A stretch of DNA of 20,000 bases from an uncultured virus (IMG/VR IMGVR_UViG_3300025120_000022). Taxonomy: Duplodnaviria > Heunggongvirae > Uroviricota > Caudoviricetes. Shown here piece by piece: positions 1-8,203 of this stretch. Below the pieces are notes generated by a model. It was not told the origin of the DNA. It saw only the letters and a list, made by a program, of their open reading frames with translations, and made no database searches. Where the stretch lies: IMG/VR virus record IMGVR_UViG_3300025120_000022; one strand, 5' to 3'. The position numbers and the translations under genes are program-made. Every line of letters starts with the position of its first letter. The first letter of the stretch is position 1.

Positions 1-183
1 GGATGTTTTGGATTGATTGAAAGGTATGATGTAAAGATCAACTCTGGACTTGCTAAGGATAGTGTTCAGATGGATAAAAGAAATGAGGCAGACAATTATA
101 TTTTAAATTGGTGGGTTCCCAAAACTACTATTGATGTGGGTATCAGAAAAGTATTCAACGAAATGAAGAAAAACTATGAGTAA
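1..183 (+). CDS. 3' end of a gene truncated by the window edge, probably an NAD-dependent epimerase/dehydratase
   Basis: Frame 1 is open from base 1 to TAA at 181-183 (...NYILNWWVPKTTIDVGIRKVFNEMKKNYE*). The W-x-P-K-x-x-(I/L)-x-x-G-(I/L) ending is typical of extended-SDR sugar epimerases. It overlaps the next start at 176. Confidence 0.6.
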   Translation, partial: GCFGLIERYDVKINSGLAKDSVQMDKRNEADNYILNWWVPKTTIDVGIRKVFNEMKKNYE

Positions 184-976
184 GTATAAACTTAATTTAT
201 TCTGTGGTGATAATCTTGAACCATCTAGTTCTGCTCTGAATGAAACAAAATATGTTCAGTGGACCTATGATGGTTCTGGTGAAGCAAACATTTATGTGAG
301 TCAGCAGGCACTCGGTGCTATCAATGATACTTCTGGTAAACCAACATACATCTGGTTATTGGAGTCTAAACAAATTATTCCCCAATACTATCAATGGGTG
401 ATAGACAACTACGAGTTTGTTACATCACGAGTTGATGGTATTTTTAGTTGTGATAAAGAACTGTGTGAGAAGTATCCCAAGATTCAGTATGCTGTAACCA
501 ATGCAGCACCTTGGGTGCAGGATCGTAAGGTTCACAAGAAGAGTAAACTGGTCTCTATGATTGCATCTAACAAGCAGATGTGTGAAGGTCACATGAGACG
601 CTTACAGTTTGTAGAGAAGTTTAGAGATAAACTAGACCTCTATGGTCGTGGGTTCAATGAGATTGATTGTAAGGAAGATGGACTGAGAGACTATATGTTC
701 TCTGTTGGTATTGAGAATGCAGTTTATGATACTTACTTTACCGAAAAACTAACAGACTGTTTTGCATGTGGAACTATTCCTATCTTCTACGGTTCACGAG
801 GTGTTACAAAATACTTTAACGAAGACGGGATTATTTTCCTGGATGATCAGTTTAACTTATCTGACTTGACTCCTGACCTGTATTACTCTAAAATGGATGC
901 AGTTAAGGATAACTTTGAACGTTCTATTAAATTTCCCATTGCGGAAGATTATCTTTATCAAACCTATTTTGAGTGA
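176..976 (+). CDS. GT10-family (alpha-1,3-fucosyltransferase-like) glycosyltransferase
   Basis: C-terminal motif YMFSVGIENAVYDTYFTEKLTDCFACGTIPIFYG matches the GT10 signature (F.L..EN....Y.TEK...a...g.iPiy.G). Confidence 0.8.
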   Translation: MSKYKLNLFCGDNLEPSSSALNETKYVQWTYDGSGEANIYVSQQALGAINDTSGKPTYIWLLESKQIIPQYYQWVIDNYEFVTSRVDGIFSCDKELCEKYPKIQYAVTNAAPWVQDRKVHKKSKLVSMIASNKQMCEGHMRRLQFVEKFRDKLDLYGRGFNEIDCKEDGLRDYMFSVGIENAVYDTYFTEKLTDCFACGTIPIFYGSRGVTKYFNEDGIIFLDDQFNLSDLTPDLYYSKMDAVKDNFERSIKFPIAEDYLYQTYFE

Positions 977-979
977 GTA

Positions 980-1720
980 ATGGATCGAATTGAAAACTAT
1001 AGTGATCTAAATGCAAGCATCGTAACCTGGATCAAGGGTTACGCAGATAAGAACAAAATCAAATCACTAGTTGTTGGTGTATCGGGCGGTATTGATTCTG
1101 CTGTGGTCTCTACTCTATGTGCTGAAACTGGTATGCCTACCTATGTGTTAGGAATGCCTATCCATCAGAAGGAGGATCAAGAAGATCTATCAGATGCACA
1201 CCTTGATTGGTTGCCCTGGAAATATACTAATGTAACTAAACTTAAGTTTGATTTATCTAATACCTTTGATACCTTTGCATCTACTATAGATGGATATAAC
1301 AATAACAAACTTGCACTTGCAAATACTAGGTCTCGTATTCGTATGATCACCCTATACCAGGTTGCTGGATCTGTTGGTGGTATTGTTGTTGGAACTGGCA
1401 ATAAGGTAGAAGATTATGGTATTGGATTCTACACTAAATATGGTGATGGCGGTGTTGACATCGCTCCGATTGCTGATCTCTATAAAACTGAAGTATGGGA
1501 ACTTGGAAAGCATCTTGGCGTAGATCAACGTATAATTGATGCATCACCTACAGATGGACTGTGGGACGATTCAAGAACCGATGAGGCGCAGATTGGTGCT
1601 TCATACGAAGATTTAGAATATGCAATGGAGCATGGCAATGGTCCTGCTGTTAGAATCTTGCATGATCTAAATGCAAAGAATAAGCACAAGATGATACCCA
1701 TTCCTACATTTAAACTATGA
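980..1720 (+). CDS. nadE: NH3-dependent NAD+ synthetase
   Basis: PP-loop VSGGIDSAV, plus NTRSRIRMITLY, GTGNKVE, GFYTKYGDGGVDIAPIADLYKTEV and PTDGLW..TDE. 246 aa, single domain with no glutaminase domain. Confidence 0.92.
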   Translation: MDRIENYSDLNASIVTWIKGYADKNKIKSLVVGVSGGIDSAVVSTLCAETGMPTYVLGMPIHQKEDQEDLSDAHLDWLPWKYTNVTKLKFDLSNTFDTFASTIDGYNNNKLALANTRSRIRMITLYQVAGSVGGIVVGTGNKVEDYGIGFYTKYGDGGVDIAPIADLYKTEVWELGKHLGVDQRIIDASPTDGLWDDSRTDEAQIGASYEDLEYAMEHGNGPAVRILHDLNAKNKHKMIPIPTFKL

Positions 1721-2823
1721 AAATTGGTATACTGGGAGCAGGCAGACTTGGTATCTGTTTTGCTCTACTATTAGAAAAAGCAGGATACGAAGTTATTGCT
1801 TCTGATATCCGTGAAGACTATGTTGCTAGTTTACGTGCTGGGTTGATCAAAACATCAGAACCACAAGTTAGTAATCTTCTTTCCAAGTCTAAGAATATTA
1901 CCTTTGTTACTGATAACGTTGATGTAATTGAAGAGTGTGATTTGATTTATACCTTCGTTGCAACTCCATCACTTCCTGATGGTAGTTATGATGTTAGTTG
2001 TATTCGTCAAATTATTAGGGATTTTAAGGACCGTAACGTAAATGGAAAGAGTTTAGTTATTGGTTGCACTACTAACCCAGGTGATTGTGATGATTTCCAA
2101 AACCATCTAAAACCATTTGGCGTGGATGTCTATTATAACCCAGAGTTTATCGCACAGGGTTCTATCGTCAAAGACCTAGAGCATGCCGATATGATTTTAG
2201 TTGGTGGAACTGGTAAGCACATCCAAGACATTGAAAAGATCTATGATGATATTCAGATTGATACTCCGAATGTTTATGTGATGAGTCGCAAGGCGGCAGA
2301 ACTTGTTAAGTTAGCAGTCAACTGTTACCTCACCACTAAGATCTCCTATGCAAATATGATTGGACAGGTCATGTATAAGAGTGGTATGGGTGAAGAGATT
2401 GATAATGTTCTAGATGCGATTGGTTCAGACAGTAGGGTAGGTCATAAGTATTTGGGATTTGGTTTTGGATTCGGTGGTCCTTGTCTTCCTAGAGATAACA
2501 GAGCATTTGCTGCTTGTGCTAAAAAATTAGGACTGGAATATAATCTGGGACAAGTCACTGACTCATTCAACGAAGAGCACAGTAAGTTCTTAATAGATTA
2601 TTACGTAAATAATAATCCAATGGGACTACCGTATGCATTTGATAGTGTTGCATATAAGAGGGGAACTGATATTCTTACCGAGAGTCAGCAATATAAACTA
2701 TGTCTGGGCCTGCTAGATTTAGGATATAAGGTATACGTTGTGGATAATGTTTTAGAACATCAATGTGATAGCAGAATTAATTGGAGTGTGCCAGAAGAAA
2801 AAGTTATTTGGATTGAATTATGA
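1717..2823 (+). CDS. UDP-glucose/GDP-mannose dehydrogenase family nucleotide-sugar dehydrogenase
   Basis: Rossmann GAGRLG, FVATP, YNPEFIAQG, AELVKLAVNCYLTTKISYAN, and catalytic Cys in GFGGPCLPRD. ATGA overlap with nadE. Confidence 0.88.
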   Translation: MKIGILGAGRLGICFALLLEKAGYEVIASDIREDYVASLRAGLIKTSEPQVSNLLSKSKNITFVTDNVDVIEECDLIYTFVATPSLPDGSYDVSCIRQIIRDFKDRNVNGKSLVIGCTTNPGDCDDFQNHLKPFGVDVYYNPEFIAQGSIVKDLEHADMILVGGTGKHIQDIEKIYDDIQIDTPNVYVMSRKAAELVKLAVNCYLTTKISYANMIGQVMYKSGMGEEIDNVLDAIGSDSRVGHKYLGFGFGFGGPCLPRDNRAFAACAKKLGLEYNLGQVTDSFNEEHSKFLIDYYVNNNPMGLPYAFDSVAYKRGTDILTESQQYKLCLGLLDLGYKVYVVDNVLEHQCDSRINWSVPEEKVIWIEL

Positions 2824-3680
2824 TTGGATACAACAGATTAGGTTCTAATGGTCGTCTGGGTAATCAGATGTTCCAGTATGCAGCACTGAGAGGTATTGCT
2901 GCGAAGAATGGATATGACTTTACTATCCCACCAGAGGATTATCCACACAGAGATAATTATGGATTGTTTGAGTCATTCAAACTTAATAATATAAAGAATA
3001 ATAATATTGGATTTGTTGAAGGCAACTCAGTTCAGGAGAACGGTCATCAATTTATTGAAGAGTTTTTCACTCAACTGCCTGATAATGTAAACCTTGAAGG
3101 ATACTTTCAGACTGAAAAGTATTTCTCTCATATCAAAGATGAGATTCTACAAGACTTCCAATTCAACGAAGGGTATTCTATTCCCTGTAAACAGTATATT
3201 GCGAGTCTCGATATTCCTCCTATCTTTCTTCACATCAGACAATCAGATAATATTGGTAGAGAGCAGTATCATCCTATCCTACCTATTAGTTACTTTGAAC
3301 GGGCACTAGAAGAGTTTCCAGAAGACACTCCCTGCTTTGTATTCACTGATGATATTGCATGGTGTAAGAAACAAGAGTTCTTCAAAGCAGATAGATTCTT
3401 ATTCAATGAGAGTAATGAGAGATACACATATCAAACTGTTGACGGCACTGGTAACAGACAGAATACTTTGTTACCACAGACCGACTTGTGCTTGATGTCT
3501 TTGTGTTCTGGTGCTATAATAGCCAATAGTTCTTTCTCCTGGTGGGGTGCATGGTTGCAAAATGATAGGGGAAAAGTTGTTGCGCCAAATCCTGCTAAAT
3601 GGTTTGGGACTGCAATGACCCACTTGGATACTAGAGATATGGTTCCTAACCGCTGGACAATTTTAGATTGGAGTAAATAA
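2820..3680 (+). CDS. GT11-family (alpha-1,2-fucosyltransferase-like) glycosyltransferase, paralogue 1
   Basis: GRLGNQMFQYA, GYFQTEKYF, HIRQSD (variant of HxRRGD), FTDD..WC, DLCLMSLC..AIIANSSFSWWGAWL. Confidence 0.9.
   Translation: MIGYNRLGSNGRLGNQMFQYAALRGIAAKNGYDFTIPPEDYPHRDNYGLFESFKLNNIKNNNIGFVEGNSVQENGHQFIEEFFTQLPDNVNLEGYFQTEKYFSHIKDEILQDFQFNEGYSIPCKQYIASLDIPPIFLHIRQSDNIGREQYHPILPISYFERALEEFPEDTPCFVFTDDIAWCKKQEFFKADRFLFNESNERYTYQTVDGTGNRQNTLLPQTDLCLMSLCSGAIIANSSFSWWGAWLQNDRGKVVAPNPAKWFGTAMTHLDTRDMVPNRWTILDWSK
3487..3523 (+). repeat. 37-nt exact direct repeat, copy 1 (copy 2 at 6632-6668)
   Basis: TGTGCTTGATGTCTTTGTGTTCTGGTGCTATAATAGC is read identically at both positions. Confidence 0.9.
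3492..3520 (+). promoter_or_regulatory. Candidate internal sigma70-type promoter inside GT11 paralogue 1
   Basis: TTGATG (3492-3497), 17-nt spacer, TATAAT (3515-3520), with an extended -10 TG (TGCTATAAT). An identical copy lies at 6637-6665. Confidence 0.5.
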
Positions 3681-4567
3681 TGCCTGTTTCATTTGATAGA
3701 CTTGGTAAGGATGGTCGTCTAGGTAATCAATTATTTCAATATGCTTTCCTTAGAGGAGTTGCTAAGAGTCGTGGATTCGACTGGATGATTCCTATGGATG
3801 ATGAATATACACGTCATCACTACGGATTGTTTGAATGCTTTGAGATGTCTGGAGTCAAGGCAGGGAATCTTGGTAAGACTGGTAACCCTACCATGGAATG
3901 TATGGATACTTTGTATCACCCAGAGGTAGTTGATAACTGCAATGAGAATACTAATTTCCTAGGTACATTTCAGACAGAACGATACTTTGATAATGCTGCT
4001 GAAGAGATTCGTAAAGACTTAACATTCAAACCAGGATACCTAGAACCCTGTAGAGAGTATATTGATAGTATTGGTGGTAGAGATAATTGTATCTTCCTTC
4101 ATATAAGACGAGGTAATCCTAATCTGGATGAGAATGGATTCATGTGGTCCTATCAAGTATTACAAGATACTCATCCACTCTGCAAACCAGAATATTATGT
4201 AGAGGCACTGAAGCACTTCCCTGAGGATAAGCAAGTTATTGTTGTATCTGATTTAATTGATTGGTGTAAGAAGCAATCTTGGTTGGAGGGTGATAGGTTT
4301 CACTTCTCTGATTCTTCTTACGAAGTATTCTCTGATGGTGCAAGTGTTCCATATGCTGACCTGTGTCTGATGTCTCTATGTGGCGGAGCAATCATTGCTA
4401 ACTCTTCATTGTCCTGGTGGGGTGCATGGTTACAGGGTGATGCTGGTAAGGTGATTGCTCCTGACCCCTGGTATGGACCTAAGGCAAATTTAGATACCAG
4501 AGACTTGATTCCAGAACGATGGATTAAACTTGAGAATGATCCGACGCCGATTCCTGCAGAAGTATGA
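3680..4567 (+). CDS. GT11-family glycosyltransferase, paralogue 2
   Basis: GRLGNQLFQYA, GTFQTERYF, HIRRGN, DLCLMSLCGGAIIANSSLSWWGAWL. Confidence 0.9.
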   Translation: MPVSFDRLGKDGRLGNQLFQYAFLRGVAKSRGFDWMIPMDDEYTRHHYGLFECFEMSGVKAGNLGKTGNPTMECMDTLYHPEVVDNCNENTNFLGTFQTERYFDNAAEEIRKDLTFKPGYLEPCREYIDSIGGRDNCIFLHIRRGNPNLDENGFMWSYQVLQDTHPLCKPEYYVEALKHFPEDKQVIVVSDLIDWCKKQSWLEGDRFHFSDSSYEVFSDGASVPYADLCLMSLCGGAIIANSSLSWWGAWLQGDAGKVIAPDPWYGPKANLDTRDLIPERWIKLENDPTPIPAEV

Positions 4568-5382
4568 ACTTAACATTTTTAATCCCAGTAAAACTTGAGT
4601 CACCTGATAGGGTAAGGAATCTTAAGACGGTCCTTACTTATCTACTTTCTAAATTTGATGCTAAGATCTTAGTACAAGAACATGATACAGAGAGTAAGTT
4701 CCCTAAACTTGTTATGCCTTTTATTAGTAAAAAGTTTGGACCTATCACACATAGGTTAGGATATCATTTTGATGAGCAGAAAGAACCATACTTCCATAAG
4801 ACAAAGGTATTGAATGATTTGCTATTGCGTTCTGATACAGAGGTAGTATGTAACTATGATACCGATGTGTTATTGCCTGAAGAAAGTTATCATTCTGCTT
4901 ACGATGCTATTGAATCTGGGGAGTATGATGCAATCTATCCATATGGATGTGGTGTCTATCAAAAAGCAATCAAATACTCTGCATCAACATTTGCTGAGTT
5001 TATTGGTGGTGATATGGACCTCACTGAACTTCATGGACACGCAACCCTTAGTAATTCTACTATCGGATGGTGTCAATTTATCCGTAGAGAAAACTATATA
5101 AATTCTTTTATGATGAATGAAAACTTTCATGCATGGGGTCCTGAAGATTCTGAGTTATACTATAGACTGCAAGTCTTAGGTAACAGGGTTGGTAGGGTAA
5201 ATGATTACGTTTACCACCTAGAACATTCACGAACTAATGACTCATGGTTCTCCAATCCACTATGGAAAGATAACTTTATGTTGTGGAATTGGATCAGAGA
5301 ACAAACTGGTGATACCATCTTACAGTATTGTAGACAGCAAGACTATGTTAAAAGGAGACTCGATAGTGGAAAAGTTCATTGA
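4564..5382 (+). CDS. GT-A fold glycosyltransferase (GT2 / GT7 C-terminal galactosyltransferase-like), paralogue 1
   Basis: N-terminal LTFLIPV..DRVRNL, DxD motif YDTD, MNENFHAWGPEDSELYYRL (GT7_C-like WGxED), VYHLEH. Confidence 0.8.
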   Translation: MNLTFLIPVKLESPDRVRNLKTVLTYLLSKFDAKILVQEHDTESKFPKLVMPFISKKFGPITHRLGYHFDEQKEPYFHKTKVLNDLLLRSDTEVVCNYDTDVLLPEESYHSAYDAIESGEYDAIYPYGCGVYQKAIKYSASTFAEFIGGDMDLTELHGHATLSNSTIGWCQFIRRENYINSFMMNENFHAWGPEDSELYYRLQVLGNRVGRVNDYVYHLEHSRTNDSWFSNPLWKDNFMLWNWIREQTGDTILQYCRQQDYVKRRLDSGKVH

Positions 5383-5953
5383 TAGGGCACTACATGGTGA
5401 ACTTGATTCTGATAGACATATCGTTTCTATTTTCTCTATCGCTTTAGCATCCAGAGGTACAACATTTGTTGAACTGGGTGTTCGTGAAGGTCATACATCC
5501 GAACCCCTGTATGAAGCAGCAAAGTTGAATGGTGGCCACCTTTGGTCTGTTGATCTGAATGATCCAACAGAATATAAACCAAACAATGGTCACTATACTT
5601 TCTGTAAGAGTGACAGTATCAAGTTCTTAGAAGAGTGGCCTAAGGAAAAAAAGATTGATATTGTGTATGTCGATGACTGGCATTCCTATTCTCATGTCAA
5701 AAGACAACTCGAATTGCTTGACAGACTGGTAGGGCCAAGTAGTATAATACTCCTACACGATCTAATGTATGGTGGAACTGACCCTTTCTATCACTGTGAC
5801 CTTTCTCATGGTGGTCCCCAATGGGACGCAGGCGGTCCTTACCGTGCAGTCGCAGAATTAAATCCACAGTTCTGGGAGTTCTCAACTCTCCCTTGGAACA
5901 ACGGACTCACAATCCTCAGGAAAAAATATAGTAACAGGTATCACAAATTATGA
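5366..5953 (+). CDS. Class I SAM-dependent methyltransferase (Methyltransf_24-like)
   Basis: Motifs FVELGVREG, SVD, IDIVYVDDWHSY and IILLHD. Start revised from 5237 to GTG 5366, which is in frame and has AGGAG at 5353-5357. ATG 5345 is an alternative start. Confidence 0.8.
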   Translation: MEKFIDRALHGELDSDRHIVSIFSIALASRGTTFVELGVREGHTSEPLYEAAKLNGGHLWSVDLNDPTEYKPNNGHYTFCKSDSIKFLEEWPKEKKIDIVYVDDWHSYSHVKRQLELLDRLVGPSSIILLHDLMYGGTDPFYHCDLSHGGPQWDAGGPYRAVAELNPQFWEFSTLPWNNGLTILRKKYSNRYHKL

Positions 5954-6807
5954 TTGGATTTAATGGACTTGGTAACCTAGGCAGACTAGGCAATCAAATG
6001 TTTGAGTACGCTACACTTAGGGGTATTGCTGCTAACAAAGGATACGAGTGGTGTATTCCACCTGTAGATGCAAAGAGCATTGAGAACTATAGTTTGCACC
6101 ATGCATTCACAATGCCTGATGTGAAACCAGGGAATAGAACGTTCTTGGATAATGGGTATGCTCCTACAGTAGCAGAAAGACATTTTCATTTTGATCAAGA
6201 GTTATTTGATCTTTGTCCCGATCACATTTCACTACAAGGATTCTTTCAGACCGAGAAATACTTTAGAAATATCAGAGATGTGATTCGTAGTGAATATACT
6301 TTCCAAGATCATGTTCTTGAACCTTGTAAAGAAGTAATTGATGGATTTGATATTCCTCCTATCTTTCTGCATGTTCGTAGAGGTGACCCTAACTTAACTG
6401 ATCCTCGTGGATTCAAGTGGTCATATACCGAATGCTCTGACCAGCATCCACCACAACCTCTTTCTTACTATGAAAAGGCACTGAAGAAATTCCCTGATGA
6501 TGTTCCCGTCATTGTATGTTCTGATTCTCCTGAGTGGGTCCAGACACAGGACTTCTTTAGTGATGACCGCTTTGCTATCTCTGTTCCAGAGGATAAGTAT
6601 ACTGACGGTTCTTATGAACCTTATATTGATATGTGCTTGATGTCTTTGTGTTCTGGTGCTATAATAGCTAATAGTTCTATGTCTTGGTGGGGTGCCTGGT
6701 TGCAGAATGGAAGAGGCAAGGTTGTCGCTCCCAAGATGTGGTTTGGTCCTGCATATCCGAACAATAATACCAAAGACTTGTACTGCGAAAACTGGATTGT
6801 AATTTAA
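5950..6807 (+). CDS. GT11-family glycosyltransferase, paralogue 3
   Basis: GRLGNQMFEYA, GFFQTEKYF, HVRRGD, CSD..WV, DMCLMSLCSGAIIANSSMSWWGAWL. Confidence 0.9.
   Translation: MIGFNGLGNLGRLGNQMFEYATLRGIAANKGYEWCIPPVDAKSIENYSLHHAFTMPDVKPGNRTFLDNGYAPTVAERHFHFDQELFDLCPDHISLQGFFQTEKYFRNIRDVIRSEYTFQDHVLEPCKEVIDGFDIPPIFLHVRRGDPNLTDPRGFKWSYTECSDQHPPQPLSYYEKALKKFPDDVPVIVCSDSPEWVQTQDFFSDDRFAISVPEDKYTDGSYEPYIDMCLMSLCSGAIIANSSMSWWGAWLQNGRGKVVAPKMWFGPAYPNNNTKDLYCENWIVI
6632..6668 (+). repeat. 37-nt exact direct repeat, copy 2, containing TTGATG-N17-TATAAT
   Basis: Identical to 3487-3523. -35-like hexamer at 6637-6642 and -10 at 6660-6665. Confidence 0.9.
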
Positions 6808-7373
6808 TGGCTGCTTCACTTACTATCAACGATCTGAATGAATATTCAGAAAAACTAGAAGAACTGGTTGAGGATGTAAACTCCTACTCTACCTTTGTGG
6901 AGACAGGAACATCCTATGGTGCTAGCATCCAATCTGTGTATCAATACTTTGAAAAGATGTGGACTGTAGAGTTGTCTGATGAACTGTATTCTTATGGTAA
7001 GAGAGTAACAGATCAGATCCCACATTGTACTCATGTGAAAGGTGACAGTTTAATCGAACTTCCCAAGTATCTCCAAGATCTTTCTACAGAAGAGAAAGTA
7101 TTCTTCTGGTTGGATGCTCACTACTCCTCTATGAATACTGCAAGGAATCATCTTGATTGTCCCTTGATTGAAGAGTGTGTATTAATTGATAAGAATTATC
7201 AAGGTAATAGTGCTATCTTAGTCATTGATGATGTTCGTCTTTTCGGCACCAATGAGAACGAAGATTGGAGTTATATCAGTGAAGAAGGAGTTCAGAACTC
7301 ATTTGAGAATTTTGAGATTAAATTCTATGAGATTGTTAATGACCGACTCCTCCTGTATATCGTAAAGAAATGA
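6807..7373 (+). CDS. Putative SAM-dependent methyltransferase-like protein
   Basis: FVETGTSYG (motif I-like), TVEL, KGDS, FFWLDAHYS, LVIDDVRLF. This pattern is seen in small methyltransferase-like proteins of glycan loci. Confidence 0.6.
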   Translation: MAASLTINDLNEYSEKLEELVEDVNSYSTFVETGTSYGASIQSVYQYFEKMWTVELSDELYSYGKRVTDQIPHCTHVKGDSLIELPKYLQDLSTEEKVFFWLDAHYSSMNTARNHLDCPLIEECVLIDKNYQGNSAILVIDDVRLFGTNENEDWSYISEEGVQNSFENFEIKFYEIVNDRLLLYIVKK

Positions 7374-8203
7374 AGAAAGATCTAAAAGACTGCACATTCA
7401 TTATCCCTATCAGGATTGAATCTGATGATAGGTTGAGAAATATTATTACAGTTCTCTGCTACCTGAACTCTGCTTTTGATACTAATATCATTGTAAAGGA
7501 GGTTGATATTGAATCTAAGTTTGATAAACTTGCACTACCACAGATTACAGAATACTGTGATGGTGATGTATCTAAGATCAATTATATCTTTGAGCAATCA
7601 GATGACCCTCTGTTCTTGAGAGAAAAGATTCTCAATGAGATGCTGATCCTTACAACGACAAAGGTCATTGTAAATTATGATTGTGATATGATTCTTCCTA
7701 TTGATACCTATTTGGAATCATACCGTAGGATCATGGAAGACGAGAGTGATATGATCTATCCCTATGGTGAAGGTCCAGGGTTCCTGTCTAAAGTTAATAC
7801 CTCAGACACACTGGTATCTGACTTCTTGAATGATGAAGATTACGATCTGTGGATTTTAAAGAAGAGTTCTGTTCCAGACAATGCTGGATTCGGATGGATT
7901 CAGTTCCTGAGTAGGGATGTATACTTTGAAGGTGGTATGGAGAATGAGAACTTTATGGGTTCTGCTCCTGACGACTATGAACGTCACCATAGATTCAAGA
8001 CCCTAGGATACCGAGTAGATAGAATCAACAGTGAAGTATTCCACCTAGAGCATGCTAGGGGCATGAACTCCTATCCTCAATCAATGTCACAGCATCCTTA
8101 CTGGCAACATAATTGGGATCTTTGGTGTTATCTTGAGAAGTGTAACAAAGAACAGTTGCTTGAATACTATTCCAAACAAGAATATCTGAAAAAATATCAA
8201 TGA
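7370..8203 (+). CDS. GT-A fold glycosyltransferase (GT2 / GT7_C-like), paralogue 2
   Basis: Colinear with 4564-5382: TFIIPIRIESDDRLRNI, NYDCD, IYPYG, GWIQF, GGMENENFMGSAPDD, VFHLEH. Confidence 0.8.
   Translation: MKKDLKDCTFIIPIRIESDDRLRNIITVLCYLNSAFDTNIIVKEVDIESKFDKLALPQITEYCDGDVSKINYIFEQSDDPLFLREKILNEMLILTTTKVIVNYDCDMILPIDTYLESYRRIMEDESDMIYPYGEGPGFLSKVNTSDTLVSDFLNDEDYDLWILKKSSVPDNAGFGWIQFLSRDVYFEGGMENENFMGSAPDDYERHHRFKTLGYRVDRINSEVFHLEHARGMNSYPQSMSQHPYWQHNWDLWCYLEKCNKEQLLEYYSKQEYLKKYQ

Noticed and set aside
3094..5101. Nested + strand ORFs 3094-3309 and 4856-5101
   Set aside because: They are out-of-frame ORFs fully inside glycosyltransferase genes, with no motif or coupling evidence.
5237..5365. 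N-terminal extension of the methyltransferase ORF
   Set aside because: It would overlap the upstream gene by 146 nt. The RBS and domain boundary favour GTG 5366.
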